A stretch of DNA of 63,726 nt, the filler included, from Lama guanicoe (Eukaryota), in NCBI GenBank assembly GCA_013239625.1. It is 202 parts of 202 records of this genome, joined end to end, with 100 filler letters (N's around TTAATTAATTAA, not from the genome) between each part and the next. Parts side by side here need not be neighbours in the genome. Positions count along the whole stretch, not along the records: positions 37,601 to 37,816 come from PNXV01038597.1; positions 37,917 to 38,132 come from PNXV01038598.1; positions 38,233 to 38,448 come from PNXV01038599.1; positions 38,549 to 38,764 come from PNXV01038600.1; positions 38,865 to 39,080 come from PNXV01038601.1; positions 39,181 to 39,396 come from PNXV01038602.1; positions 39,497 to 39,712 come from PNXV01038603.1; positions 39,813 to 40,028 come from PNXV01038604.1; 194 more parts are not named here. One strand, written 5' to 3'. The notes below the pieces were generated by a model. The model did no database searches, was not told the DNA's origin, and was given only the letters and a program-made list of their open reading frames with translations. Below, piece after piece: positions 37,807 through 51,403 of this stretch; the first letter of the stretch is position 1; every line of letters starts with the position of its first letter. A program made the translations under genes and the position numbers.

Positions 37807-38232
37807 CGTGCAGAGCNNNNNNNNNNNNNNNNNNNNNNNNNNNNNNNNNNNNNNNNNNNNTTAATTAATTAANNNNNNNNNNNNNNNNNNNNNNNNNNNN
37901 NNNNNNNNNNNNNNNNCCCAGAACAAAGCTCAATGATATTCTTAAGAGCACGAAAACATCCAGCACGCATCTAATAAAACATGATCAGTCATGCAAAGAA
38001 GTAGAAAAAAATGCCAGAGATGTACAGATCAATCAGTCAATCAATTACACCAAGGCAGAAGTGACATACGTAATAAAAATCATAGACAAGGACATTAAAA
38101 CAGTTATAACTATATTCACATTCTCAACAAGCNNNNNNNNNNNNNNNNNNNNNNNNNNNNNNNNNNNNNNNNNNNNTTAATTAATTAANNNNNNNNNNNN
38201 NNNNNNNNNNNNNNNNNNNNNNNNNNNNNNNN

Positions 38233-38448
38233 TGATGTGTCAGTGGAATGTTATTCATCTCCTAAAGGAAAGAAGTTCAAATATCTGCTGTAATGTGGAT
38301 GTGCCTCCAAAACACTACGCTAAGCCGAAGAAGCCAGACACAAAAGGCCACATGCCATGGGATTTCCCTCACAGGAAATGTCCAGAAAAGGCAGAGCCAT
38401 AGAAACAGAAAGTAGAGGAGTGTTTCCAGGGGCTGGGGGAGTGGGGGA
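38233..38448 (+). mobile_element. L1MB-like ORF2 end / 3' UTR
   Basis: GAAGAAGCCAGACACAAAAGGCCACAT...GAAATGTCCAGAA.AGGCA...CCATAGA.ACAGAAAGTAGA...CCAGGGGCTGGGGG. Confidence 0.85.
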
Positions 38449-39180
38449 NNNNNNNNNNNNNNNNNNNNNNNNNNNNNNNNNNNNNNNNNNNNTTAATTAA
38501 TTAANNNNNNNNNNNNNNNNNNNNNNNNNNNNNNNNNNNNNNNNNNNNATTAGATATCCTGCCCCCAAGACTTTCCTCTAAGACAACATTGAGTTGGTGG
38601 TGGGGGGGGCTAAGTGCCTAACCCACCCCCTTGGTAGCACTCAAACAGCTGAGGGAAATGCATGGATCTTTCAGGCAAAGTACCTGCTCAGTGGGTCCCA
38701 GAAACAGACATTTTTAAAAGGCACATTTCCCTTGCAAAGTCACCTGGGCTGGTCTGGGCACCACNNNNNNNNNNNNNNNNNNNNNNNNNNNNNNNNNNNN
38801 NNNNNNNNTTAATTAATTAANNNNNNNNNNNNNNNNNNNNNNNNNNNNNNNNNNNNNNNNNNNNATATTGTTTCCCTTTTAGATTTCTTTTTCTTGTCTT
38901 ATCACCCGAGACAGTACAGGATGCACAGCTGACCCTCCGTCTGGATGGGTGGATACCCTCTCCTGTTCGTGCTGGCCCGGGGACCTACCCAAATGAGGAA
39001 GGCACCAGAGTTAACGCGTAGGTTAACCGTCCTTCCTTCCCAACACATTTCATGCCAGAATGTTTTATAAAACATAGTCANNNNNNNNNNNNNNNNNNNN
39101 NNNNNNNNNNNNNNNNNNNNNNNNTTAATTAATTAANNNNNNNNNNNNNNNNNNNNNNNNNNNNNNNNNNNNNNNNNNNN

Positions 39181-39258
39181 CTGTATGCCAGAAATTGACA
39201 CCGCATTGTAAACTGACTCTACTTCAATTAAAAAAAATCAAATAAATGAATAAATAAA
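39181..39258 (+). mobile_element. L1 3' terminus with A-rich tail
   Basis: CTGTATGCCAGAAATTGACACCGCATTGTAAACTGACTCTACTTCAATT followed by A8 and (AAAT)n; same family as 2649-2707. Confidence 0.82.
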
Positions 39259-41392
39259 GGGAAAACAAACAGACAGACATACACACACACATACATACTA
39301 TAGTCAAGTGTGTCAGCTAGTACAAGAGGTAAGGGTCTGGTGTCACGCGCAGAAGGGAAAGGGTGTGGGTGACATCACGTCATCCTATGCAGGATTNNNN
39401 NNNNNNNNNNNNNNNNNNNNNNNNNNNNNNNNNNNNNNNNTTAATTAATTAANNNNNNNNNNNNNNNNNNNNNNNNNNNNNNNNNNNNNNNNNNNNCCCT
39501 TTGCCTCTGTTAAGTCTCAGTGATGGTAACTAGGTCGATGGAGAAAAAATTATTAATGTACTGCATAATGTAATTTGATGGAGGAAAAATATATTTTGCT
39601 TACTTTAAAATATTAATATACTTATATATTAATATTAATATTTTATTTAATTTAATTTAACATTAATGCGCTTCTATGTATGCAACATTTTGAAGTTTAT
39701 GTTTAAAAAAAANNNNNNNNNNNNNNNNNNNNNNNNNNNNNNNNNNNNNNNNNNNNTTAATTAATTAANNNNNNNNNNNNNNNNNNNNNNNNNNNNNNNN
39801 NNNNNNNNNNNNCTTAGTTTCTTTTGGTTTACATTGTTGTGCTTTTTTGTAATTTCCTAACAAAAGTACTTTTTTTTTTTTTTTTAGTTCTCATAACTAG
39901 CCATTTCTTATAAATAAAATAAGGTTGGCATACTTGAGTTGTTAAGTTTATTTTTCTGAAATCTTATGTTAAAATTGGAAATTGTATTAAATGAACCATG
40001 TGGCTCCTTAAAAAAAGAAAATAATTCTNNNNNNNNNNNNNNNNNNNNNNNNNNNNNNNNNNNNNNNNNNNNTTAATTAATTAANNNNNNNNNNNNNNNN
40101 NNNNNNNNNNNNNNNNNNNNNNNNNNNNGTGTCCACATTTGGACCACAGCATGAAAGGAGAAACAAGGCCTCATGGTTAGCATGACAGTTTTGGCCAAAC
40201 CCTTCCTCCGACTGAGATGAACCAGGTTGGGGGTGAGAATGCAAGGTCCTAGGCTGACCAAAGCATCTTCCTTCACGGCTGACTGGGGTGTTGGAGACTC
40301 ACTACTGCAAACTAATGACACGGCCGTCAGTGGTGGACGTCAGCNNNNNNNNNNNNNNNNNNNNNNNNNNNNNNNNNNNNNNNNNNNNTTAATTAATTAA
40401 NNNNNNNNNNNNNNNNNNNNNNNNNNNNNNNNNNNNNNNNNNNNGTTTTGACTTCAAATTTAATGTTTCTTCCTCTCTAGGTAAAGCCTCCAAAGCCTCA
40501 AGGTAAGATGTTAGGGTTTAGTTTTCTTTGTAATGTTTTCTCAATACTGGGATTCAATATGGGTTTTAATTCAACTAAGAATTAACACAGTGACTTCTGA
40601 TGTCTAACTGACTTAACTCTTGAAAATTTTACTCCTGGGATGGTGTCTAAATGACACCATNNNNNNNNNNNNNNNNNNNNNNNNNNNNNNNNNNNNNNNN
40701 NNNNTTAATTAATTAANNNNNNNNNNNNNNNNNNNNNNNNNNNNNNNNNNNNNNNNNNNNTTTTTTCTCAACTTCTTACAGTAAGTTTTGATTCACAAGC
40801 ATTTTAGGCTGACTTACAATATAATAATTTCCCACAAGTGTGAAAAATATAGGTAAAAACAATTTTGAAGTAATATCAGTACAAGATAACAAGACAGAGT
40901 GCCCAGATTCAAACATAACTTTCAACAAGGTAGTCTCTCTATAAGGTGCTTTTAAAATAATCAGAATCAATTTGATNNNNNNNNNNNNNNNNNNNNNNNN
41001 NNNNNNNNNNNNNNNNNNNNTTAATTAATTAANNNNNNNNNNNNNNNNNNNNNNNNNNNNNNNNNNNNNNNNNNNNCCTTTCGAGAATGCCACGGTTGAG
41101 ATCTGTCAAGAAGCGTGTCAACATATGTAATCTTTAAACATAAATTGACTCAATGTTAGAAACTTTCAAAGGGCATTGAATAAAGCTTTAATTCAAATGC
41201 TACCCTCAGCTGGGATCCTCTTCTTTTTCTCCCTATCACTTGCGGTGGCCCAAGTGCCCTGCAGGCCCAGAGCTGCCCTGGCCTCACTGGCGNNNNNNNN
41301 NNNNNNNNNNNNNNNNNNNNNNNNNNNNNNNNNNNNTTAATTAATTAANNNNNNNNNNNNNNNNNNNNNNNNNNNNNNNNNNNNNNNNNNNN

Positions 41393-41924
41393 GGACCCAA
41401 ATTCAACGTGTCCAAAGTGAACACAGAATTGTCTCCTGGAGTCTGATCTACGAGAGACAATGGACTGCTCCCTACCTCTCGGTTACCGGTAGCATCCCCA
41501 CCACCGTGCTCAGTCTGAACTAACAGCATGAAAACAGGCAGGCAAGGCAGCAATTCACTAAAACCCCAGAATCCCATTATTTAAGAATGTAAACAAATAG
41601 TAGTAGTANNNNNNNNNNNNNNNNNNNNNNNNNNNNNNNNNNNNNNNNNNNNTTAATTAATTAANNNNNNNNNNNNNNNNNNNNNNNNNNNNNNNNNNNN
41701 NNNNNNNNGGACCCAAATTCAACGTGTCCAAAGTGAACACAGAATTGTCTCCTGGAGCCTGATCTACGAGAGACAATGGACTGCTCTCTACCTCTCGGTT
41801 ACCGGTAGCATCCCCACCACCGTGCTCAGTTTGAACTAATAGCATGAAAACAGGCAGGCAAGGCAGCAATTCACCAAAACCCCAGAATCCCATTATTTAA
41901 GAATGTAAACAAATAGTAGTAGTA
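41393..41924 (+). repeat. Bubble pair 4 (41393-41608 vs 41709-41924)
   Basis: 49 identical nt at each end; 5 substitutions, all C/T. Confidence 0.97.
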
Positions 41925-42172
41925 NNNNNNNNNNNNNNNNNNNNNNNNNNNNNNNNNNNNNNNNNNNNTTAATTAATTAANNNNNNNNNNNNNNNNNNNN
42001 NNNNNNNNNNNNNNNNNNNNNNNNATGGGGGAGCCATCTTTGGAGAACCAGGCTGCCAGGAGGGTTGTGTTTCGTTTCCTCACCCCCTGGCTGGGGTGCT
42101 GGCTCGTTATAGTATGTCTCAGAGCCAGCAGTGTAGAGTAGAAAGTGCTGGATAGAGAAAGAAGGATGCCAA

Positions 42173-42234
42173 ATGATGGTGATGATGGTGGTGATGGTGA
42201 TGATGATGCTGGTGATGATGATGATGATGAATGA
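42173..42234. repeat. Imperfect (GAT/GGT)n trinucleotide microsatellite
   Basis: Directly visible. Confidence 0.92.
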
Positions 42235-44867
42235 TATTAANNNNNNNNNNNNNNNNNNNNNNNNNNNNNNNNNNNNNNNNNNNNTTAATTAATTAANNNN
42301 NNNNNNNNNNNNNNNNNNNNNNNNNNNNNNNNNNNNNNNNTCCACTAAACACAGTATTTGATCCTAGAGGATATTTTTAATTCTTTCAATGTACAAATCT
42401 TTACTGGTATGAACTAGGGTTTAGCCTGAGGATACGTTGTTTTTAAATGTTCGAACTACTCTCGTTTCACATGTTTGTAAATTAAATGCTAATCCATTTC
42501 ATGAGAGTAGCATAGCCTGAAATGTGGAAATCGATGGTAATAGAATATTTATTTAANNNNNNNNNNNNNNNNNNNNNNNNNNNNNNNNNNNNNNNNNNNN
42601 TTAATTAATTAANNNNNNNNNNNNNNNNNNNNNNNNNNNNNNNNNNNNNNNNNNNNGAATTTTTTTTAAACTAAGCAATAATTTTCAGCTCACTAAATGA
42701 AACAAACATACTTTCAACATAGTCTGCATGAATCAAAAAAAGTCATCTCTGGTAAGAGACAAGGACACTGGGCAAAAAAACTAAAAAAGCACATATTGAA
42801 GAAAAACCTCAAACCACTATGATGGACTTTACTAAGAACTGCTACACCCCCCATCCCACTTGCTGGGCGTCANNNNNNNNNNNNNNNNNNNNNNNNNNNN
42901 NNNNNNNNNNNNNNNNTTAATTAATTAANNNNNNNNNNNNNNNNNNNNNNNNNNNNNNNNNNNNNNNNNNNNCGGGAACCGGCCGATGACTGGGGAGGCC
43001 GGAGGCCGGCCCCTGAGCCGATGGCAGGGATCACAGACCCGCAGGACGGGCGAGGGGGGACAAGCACAGGAGTCAGGAAAACTGCGTCCCCACCCAACGT
43101 CTGCTGCAGCCAGGGCGGCTCCAGCCGGATGGACGGCCAGGAGGGACAGATGACTGGGAGGGATGGACAGCCGGGAGGGCCGGCCGGCNNNNNNNNNNNN
43201 NNNNNNNNNNNNNNNNNNNNNNNNNNNNNNNNTTAATTAATTAANNNNNNNNNNNNNNNNNNNNNNNNNNNNNNNNNNNNNNNNNNNNATTGAATATCCA
43301 AATTGTTTCCAAAGAAGATAAAGTATTGAAACAGTATGTACTGAACCTAAGTTTACCTACTTTTGACTTCTTGTTACCAAAAAACAAAGATATTTTTGTC
43401 TGTTAGTAAACATATTTTATGTTACATTGAAAAACTGACTATGAAAAAGTTTCTGGTTGTATAAATTACAGAAAGTACTTACAGATTTGTCAAGCCCCAG
43501 AATGNNNNNNNNNNNNNNNNNNNNNNNNNNNNNNNNNNNNNNNNNNNNTTAATTAATTAANNNNNNNNNNNNNNNNNNNNNNNNNNNNNNNNNNNNNNNN
43601 NNNNCTATGAACCTGTAAATCTATAATTAATGGACAAAACTTGGTTTATTAAACAATATCAATAGATTATTCTGCAATCCATCCAAAAGGAAATGCTCAT
43701 TGTCTTAAATGTTTCTCCTTTATTGTGATTTCTACTTTTTGGTGTAGGTTGATTTATTAACAGCCATCCTTATCATCATAATGACCAAACTCGCTCTGAG
43801 TGGACACCTACCTAAGGCTANNNNNNNNNNNNNNNNNNNNNNNNNNNNNNNNNNNNNNNNNNNNTTAATTAATTAANNNNNNNNNNNNNNNNNNNNNNNN
43901 NNNNNNNNNNNNNNNNNNNNCCCAGATCCCACGGTAGTGCCTGGCCTCAACCCACTGTATTCCTGGGGCATTTGGAAACGCTGTTGAACCAATCTATGAA
44001 CGTTACATTCCAAACTGTATTAGCGTTGGTGACTCCTCAGGGCTTGAACAGTGTCAGAAACATGCAACTGTAAGCAAGCAGGGAGCGAGGAGGGGGAGGG
44101 AAATGCCTCTGGGTGATGGCGGGAAGTCCACTTTGANNNNNNNNNNNNNNNNNNNNNNNNNNNNNNNNNNNNNNNNNNNNTTAATTAATTAANNNNNNNN
44201 NNNNNNNNNNNNNNNNNNNNNNNNNNNNNNNNNNNNTTCCACCAACGGTCGGCAGCGCGTGAGTTCTAACGGATTGACTAAGCTCGCCTCCCCTGAGGAT
44301 TTTGCTAAATTCTGGCTGCCAATGAATGCTAGGGATCTGCGCTGTAATGCCCAGGTTCAGCAGCAGCCAGCTCAAGGTTTCAGAAGGTATTTCTCCGAAT
44401 TCCCCCGAACAGGGAACACCTGTGACTGAACAGAGCTGCGTGGAGTTGTCTNNNNNNNNNNNNNNNNNNNNNNNNNNNNNNNNNNNNNNNNNNNNTTAAT
44501 TAATTAANNNNNNNNNNNNNNNNNNNNNNNNNNNNNNNNNNNNNNNNNNNNGTGCACGGCTAACGGGAGAAATTGCCCCCACCTGCCTTTCCAGCCTCCC
44601 CTGCCCTGAGCTCCTGGCCCAACATCCCACTGTCACCCCCAGGTGGGTGCCATTTCCCTCCGCCCTGCCGGAACCAGCCTGCCTTCCCTCCCGCGGCCTG
44701 GCCACCTGCACTTGCTCATCCCTTAGGCCACGTGTGAGTCAGTCTCCCCACCTGCAACCACCCTGTCNNNNNNNNNNNNNNNNNNNNNNNNNNNNNNNNN
44801 NNNNNNNNNNNTTAATTAATTAANNNNNNNNNNNNNNNNNNNNNNNNNNNNNNNNNNNNNNNNNNNN

Positions 44868-45083
44868 GAAAATAACACCATGACCAAGTACTATTTATTT
44901 TAGGTATGCAAGGCTCGTTTAACATTTAAAAATATAATCCACCACGTCCAAACAGGCCAAAGAAGAAAAAAATCATATGATCACACCAGTTGATGCAGAG
45001 AAAGCGTCTGAAAAAATCTAACATCATTTCATGAAAAAAAAAATTTAAACTCAGGAAACTAGGAATAGAAGGGAACTTCCTCA
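44868..45083 (+). mobile_element. Old L1 ORF2 RT fragment
   Basis: HHDQV.FI.GMQG.FNI and HMI...DAEKA motifs with stops and frameshifts. Confidence 0.88.
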
Positions 45084-46131
45084 NNNNNNNNNNNNNNNNN
45101 NNNNNNNNNNNNNNNNNNNNNNNNNNNTTAATTAATTAANNNNNNNNNNNNNNNNNNNNNNNNNNNNNNNNNNNNNNNNNNNNTATTAACTACCAGGGTT
45201 TCATCTCCCTCTCTATAGTGGTCATGTTCACTTCCCTCCAAGCTAGGAGGTATCATAGATCACATGAGTAGGTTCCAGAGAGTTGTAGGAATTACAAGAA
45301 ATGAAATGGAAATGCTAGAAGTTATTCAAAAAAGTGCTAACAGTTCTCTGGCTGCCTCAAGAGAATCAATAAACAGTGGAGAGACTCAGTCAAACTGGAN
45401 NNNNNNNNNNNNNNNNNNNNNNNNNNNNNNNNNNNNNNNNNNNTTAATTAATTAANNNNNNNNNNNNNNNNNNNNNNNNNNNNNNNNNNNNNNNNNNNNT
45501 GAATAGCAAAACATTGAATAAAGTTAGATTATTTATGGCATATTATTTGTAGCAACATTTTTGCATTTTGCTTCAAAACAAGCAACCCCGAAGTTATTTT
45601 TATATTTTTAAAGGAAAGAAATGTAAACAACGTGCAAGGTGTGATAGTAGTGGTTTCTTCCTGGTGGGGGGGCAGCAGGGTGAGATAGGGAAGGGCCTGG
45701 TGAGTGGAGTTCTGGNNNNNNNNNNNNNNNNNNNNNNNNNNNNNNNNNNNNNNNNNNNNTTAATTAATTAANNNNNNNNNNNNNNNNNNNNNNNNNNNNN
45801 NNNNNNNNNNNNNNNGTTGCATTGATCTGGTCTACCTCTTTGGCAATACTTCTTGGTTATAGCAGCAATATAGTAGCTATAATATTGTGACCTTGAATAA
45901 GTGTATTTATGTATGCAAAATTATCTTGTAGAGATTGTTTTATGGGAATTGGGTTAAACGTGTATATAAATTTGGGAAGACATCTTTGTTGAGTCTTTTA
46001 GTTCATAAACATGAAATGTTTTTCTATTTATNNNNNNNNNNNNNNNNNNNNNNNNNNNNNNNNNNNNNNNNNNNNTTAATTAATTAANNNNNNNNNNNNN
46101 NNNNNNNNNNNNNNNNNNNNNNNNNNNNNNN

Positions 46132-46347
46132 ATTTTTTGGATCTGTCTCCTAAGGCAAAATAAATAAAAGCAAAATAAACAAATGGGATCTAATCAAACT
46201 TAAAAGTTTTTGCACAGTAAAGAAAAATGTTAACAAAACAAAAGAGACAACCTATTGAATGAGAGAAAATATACAAACAATTTGACTGTTAAGGGGTTAA
46301 TATCTAACATATATAAACAGCTCATAAAACCCAACATAAAAAAAAAA
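46132..46347 (+). mobile_element. L1 ORF2 fragment
   Basis: KINKWDLIKLKSFCTVK motif. Confidence 0.92.
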
Positions 46348-46447
46348 NNNNNNNNNNNNNNNNNNNNNNNNNNNNNNNNNNNNNNNNNNNNTTAATTAAT
46401 TAANNNNNNNNNNNNNNNNNNNNNNNNNNNNNNNNNNNNNNNNNNNN

Positions 46448-46550
46448 TGAAGTGGGCCAGAAAGAGAAAGAAAAATGCCATATGACATTATTTATACGAG
46501 GAACCCAAAAAACAATAACAGTAATAATAAAGCCACAAATGCACTGATTT
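46448..46550 (+). mobile_element. L1 ORF2 end / 3' UTR start
   Basis: TGAAGT..GCCAGAAAGAGAAAGAAAAAT.CCATATGA.AT...ACAAATG.ACT.ATTT. Confidence 0.7.
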
Positions 46551-47395
46551 TCATTTTGATTTCTTCACTGTGTGTGAGCACATCTGACTGTCCTTTATGG
46601 TCGTATTACCGCGTTCTGTTGATTCTTATTTTGTAGTTGGCTTTATTCCGTTGATAACTATGTNNNNNNNNNNNNNNNNNNNNNNNNNNNNNNNNNNNNN
46701 NNNNNNNTTAATTAATTAANNNNNNNNNNNNNNNNNNNNNNNNNNNNNNNNNNNNNNNNNNNNAAAAATAAATAAATAAAGTAAGCAAGGCACATACTCC
46801 ACTGCTACCACCATTTGGGTAAAAGCACGAGACAGTCATTTAAAATCTTGCCGAGAACTTCTCCATTTATTCTGTACTACCTACTTGCTGCTAGGTTACA
46901 GTCCTTGGCTGGAAAAGAGATAAAATCTTTAATTTTCTGTTTTTATTCTTTTATCCCTAGGTTACTGTATTAATCCACCNNNNNNNNNNNNNNNNNNNNN
47001 NNNNNNNNNNNNNNNNNNNNNNNTTAATTAATTAANNNNNNNNNNNNNNNNNNNNNNNNNNNNNNNNNNNNNNNNNNNNTTCCAACAGTGGATGCTGGCA
47101 CCAGGAACCCGTGACATTGCCCAGGCCCGAAGGGACCACAGCACCGTCTCCCCAGTGAGGCAGGGGCTGTCAGGGAACCATCAGAAAGACTAGGCAGCCA
47201 GGAGAGTTCTCACTCTAGCCCTAGGATAACCTGAGAGTTGATATAAAAACACAGAATCCTACCAGACTGGTTAGTCTGGGGAGATATCTGTGAGTNNNNN
47301 NNNNNNNNNNNNNNNNNNNNNNNNNNNNNNNNNNNNNNNTTAATTAATTAANNNNNNNNNNNNNNNNNNNNNNNNNNNNNNNNNNNNNNNNNNNN

Positions 47396-47611
47396 GCCTC
47401 CTGGAGCATCTGAAACTCAGCATCACTTCTGTGCTGTTCCTGCTCAGACGCAGCAAACTCTGGGGCCACGCAGTCCAACCCCAGTTGAGGGATATGCTGG
47501 AATAACTCCCTGTAATCTTCAAAAATGCTGAAGTCCATAATGGCCAAGAAACGCTGAAGAAGTATTCCAGATTCAAGGAGACTAAAGACGCATAACCACA
47601 AAATGCCCTGT
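47396..47611 (+). mobile_element. L1MC-type 3' UTR fragment
   Basis: AACCC.A.TTGAGGGA.AT.CT..AATAACT..CCTGTAATCTTCAAAAATG...TTCCAGATT.AAGGAGACTAAAGA. Confidence 0.75.
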
Positions 47612-47711
47612 NNNNNNNNNNNNNNNNNNNNNNNNNNNNNNNNNNNNNNNNNNNNTTAATTAATTAANNNNNNNNNNNNNNNNNNNNNNNNNNNNNNNNN
47701 NNNNNNNNNNN

Positions 47712-47927
47712 GCTTTTCTGAAGGCCATGGAAGTGATCAATGTATTTCAAGCAGAGGAGCACTGTGATACAGTTTTCATTTAAGAAAGTCATTCAGACTG
47801 CAGTGTGGATATTGGACCCAAGTAGGTCAAGACCAAAAGTAAGGAAACCAACTCAGGACTCTGCGGCAGTGACCCAATCTAGGACAGACAGCAGTGATCA
47901 GGGCTTAGGGAACAGCCACGGGGATGG
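47712..47927 (-). mobile_element. L2 fragment
   Basis: TTT.AAGCAGAGGAG....TGAT...TTTAAGAAAGTCATTC.G.CTGCAGTGTGGA, antisense L2. Confidence 0.7.
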
Positions 47928-48659
47928 NNNNNNNNNNNNNNNNNNNNNNNNNNNNNNNNNNNNNNNNNNNNTTAATTAATTAANNNNNNNNNNNNNNNNN
48001 NNNNNNNNNNNNNNNNNNNNNNNNNNNTGTTTGAGCCAAAAGATTTAGGCCTTTATCAATTTTTAATTTGATTAATATGTCTGTTTCCCCAATCATTAAT
48101 CTAATATCTCAGTCTATATATAGTTTCCCACCCCTATAAGTGTATATATTTTACACTGGGGTAAATAAAGCATTCTTGTTTGAACTTTAATGCTGGGGAC
48201 CAGTAGGTGATCCCCTTGGCCTTATATTAACTTTACATAGCATNNNNNNNNNNNNNNNNNNNNNNNNNNNNNNNNNNNNNNNNNNNNTTAATTAATTAAN
48301 NNNNNNNNNNNNNNNNNNNNNNNNNNNNNNNNNNNNNNNNNNNGCCACTTATGTGATGTTGGACTTTGCGAGGCCCCATTTCACTCTCACCCTATGGAAG
48401 CCCCTGTGGGAGAGGCTGAGTCCAGCTCCAACAAAACACCCTGCAGCTCTGTGGTTTGCCAGTTCTGTGGCTCCACCAGCCCAGGGAACTTGGACCACTT
48501 TTGTATGTGGAGCCTCCTTTTCCTCACCCCTAAAATGGGCCTGACACCCCAGCTCACAGNNNNNNNNNNNNNNNNNNNNNNNNNNNNNNNNNNNNNNNNN
48601 NNNTTAATTAATTAANNNNNNNNNNNNNNNNNNNNNNNNNNNNNNNNNNNNNNNNNNNN

Positions 48660-48875
48660 GTTTCCTTATTGATTTTCTGCCTGAATGATCTATCCATTAT
48701 CAAAAGTGGGTGTTGAAGTTCCCTGCTATCATTGTACTGCTGTCTATTTCATCTTTTAATTTTATTGCTTTATGTATTTAAGTGCTCCAGTGTTGGGTGC
48801 ATATACATGTATGTGTGTTAAAATGTTCTCTTCATGAATTGTCCCTTTTGTCATTTTATAGTGACCTTCTTTGTC
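48660..48875 (-). mobile_element. L1 ORF2 endonuclease fragment
   Basis: TTCCTTATTGATTTTCTG.CTG.ATGATCT.TCCATT...GTGTTGAAGT.CCCT...GTGCTCC.GTGTTGGGTGCATATA is the reverse of YAPN...GDFNTPL. Confidence 0.88.
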
Positions 48876-51353
48876 NNNNNNNNNNNNNNNNNNNNNNNNN
48901 NNNNNNNNNNNNNNNNNNNTTAATTAATTAANNNNNNNNNNNNNNNNNNNNNNNNNNNNNNNNNNNNNNNNNNNNGAGAGTGGGGGGATCCCGCGGTGAG
49001 GAGTAAGGGGCCGGTCTGGGTGGAATTGACCCAGCTCAGGGTCCAGTTCGGATGGACCATTTCGGGATGTTGGGGGTCCTTTGGTGAGGCATGAGGGGTT
49101 AGCTTGGGGTGTGGGGGCCAAGCTTAGTACCTAGCAGGGTGGAGAGTGGGGACAGGGAGCTCGGTGTGAGGAGGAGCCCTGTCTTGGGGGTNNNNNNNNN
49201 NNNNNNNNNNNNNNNNNNNNNNNNNNNNNNNNNNNTTAATTAATTAANNNNNNNNNNNNNNNNNNNNNNNNNNNNNNNNNNNNNNNNNNNNTTTTAAAAT
49301 GTAAATCTACTTCAAGAAAGATAGAGTAGTCACGTTTTTTTCCTGTTCTTCCTGATAAGTGTTGCTGAAAACTTTCGATATTGTATATGTAACAAACGTA
49401 AGAAGAATCTGAAAGGTGGCAAGATAGCAGACCAGCTAAGGATCTTGGAACCCAAGGAAAAACATGGCCATGCATTCCCTGAGTATTCTTTCTGCTTTCT
49501 ATGCCTCNNNNNNNNNNNNNNNNNNNNNNNNNNNNNNNNNNNNNNNNNNNNTTAATTAATTAANNNNNNNNNNNNNNNNNNNNNNNNNNNNNNNNNNNNN
49601 NNNNNNNGACCATTCTGGTGAGAAATGCATCTCCGTCGTGCTCAAGCCATGGAGTATTCTCGCGTTTGTTCATTAAGGTCAGCTAAGACATGACGCATCA
49701 AGCGGGGGTAAAACGACAGAAGTGCAGCCCCAGAGGAGACAATAACGCTGCCTCTGTGGGCTTTACGGGGAGACGTAGGGGGTCTGAGGCCGCAGGCCCA
49801 AGGATGCAGGCCCCGAACCCATCNNNNNNNNNNNNNNNNNNNNNNNNNNNNNNNNNNNNNNNNNNNNTTAATTAATTAANNNNNNNNNNNNNNNNNNNNN
49901 NNNNNNNNNNNNNNNNNNNNNNNAAAGCACAGAGGATCCTGTTACTGTCTTTAATTTCCTCTGCCTGAAACAGTGAGTTCACTGTCAGTCAGCCACTGCA
50001 TTGAGTTAACCTTTGTAGATTTGGGCGGAGAGTAAAATGCTCTTTACTCTTCATTGTTTGCAGTGTCATTGGTGGAAAAACAAGCAGTGGAAAATGTGTG
50101 CTTCTCAAGCTTTATTTGATGTGATACTAATGCTTGTGTNNNNNNNNNNNNNNNNNNNNNNNNNNNNNNNNNNNNNNNNNNNNTTAATTAATTAANNNNN
50201 NNNNNNNNNNNNNNNNNNNNNNNNNNNNNNNNNNNNNNNCAGGGAGGCAAGCATGCAAATGAGGACATAGGAAAGGCTGGTCATCACTGCATTTGCCCAC
50301 CAGCGTGTCATTTGGACTCACCCACTGGCAGTGGTGTGGCCAGCATGCTGGACCCTTGGGGTGTGGAGAAAGAGCCATTGTAACGGAAGACCAAGCAGAG
50401 AACTAGGAAACACCCCTTCCCCCACTTCAGCCAAAAGGGTGAATCAAGAGGTGTCNNNNNNNNNNNNNNNNNNNNNNNNNNNNNNNNNNNNNNNNNNNNT
50501 TAATTAATTAANNNNNNNNNNNNNNNNNNNNNNNNNNNNNNNNNNNNNNNNNNNNTTATTTGGTTAAATGGAAGCCAACAGATTTTTCCACATGTAAGGA
50601 TGCATTTTTCCTTTGTAATTAATTAAAAATTTGTGCAGCAATGCTTTGAAACTATGTGACTATTCGGTTTCCCAAAGGTTTTAACATTTATTGACAACTC
50701 TTCAATCAAATATGCCATTCTGTGTTTTTTTAAATTAGCATTCTTCTGTAAAGAACTGCTTTTCATTCTCCNNNNNNNNNNNNNNNNNNNNNNNNNNNNN
50801 NNNNNNNNNNNNNNNTTAATTAATTAANNNNNNNNNNNNNNNNNNNNNNNNNNNNNNNNNNNNNNNNNNNNCCATCCAGAGACGTATCAAGGTATCCAGA
50901 TGGGATTTGGAAGAAACCTGAGAAAATAAAGTTTAAGTAACTATACAGGGAGTGGCACATAGCCCATGTTCAGTAAATATTTGTCGAATGAGCTGGGCCT
51001 CATCTTTTTTTTTTTTCCCTTCTAGTTTACTTACTGGTTTTTTTTTGTTTTGGGAGAGGAAACTAGGTTTATTTATTTACTTATTTTNNNNNNNNNNNNN
51101 NNNNNNNNNNNNNNNNNNNNNNNNNNNNNNNTTAATTAATTAANNNNNNNNNNNNNNNNNNNNNNNNNNNNNNNNNNNNNNNNNNNNCTGAAAGCGTTAA
51201 AAATATCAGGATAAAAAATCATAACTCTTGACAAAAGGTCAAAACATATTATAGTGTTAAAAAAATAGTTTCCCCAATTATTTCAATGGCACTGTATAGA
51301 TGAATTATTTAGGATATTTTCAAGCAAGTTTTTTAATAGTAAAGATAATAGAA

Positions 51354-51403
51354 GAGTGAGTAATAGCTCAGTGGTAGAGTGCGTGCTTAGCACACAGGAA
51401 GTC
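51354..51403 (+). mobile_element. tRNA-derived SINE 5' part, Vic-1-like (camelid)
   Basis: ATAGCTCAGTGGTAGAGTGCGTGCTTAGCACACAGGAAGTC with an A box; cut by the contig end. Confidence 0.78.

Noticed and set aside
51354..51403. A second tRNA gene
   Set aside because: Only an A-box-like part is present and the 5' end does not match a tRNA acceptor stem. It matches the SINE also seen at 56876-56963.
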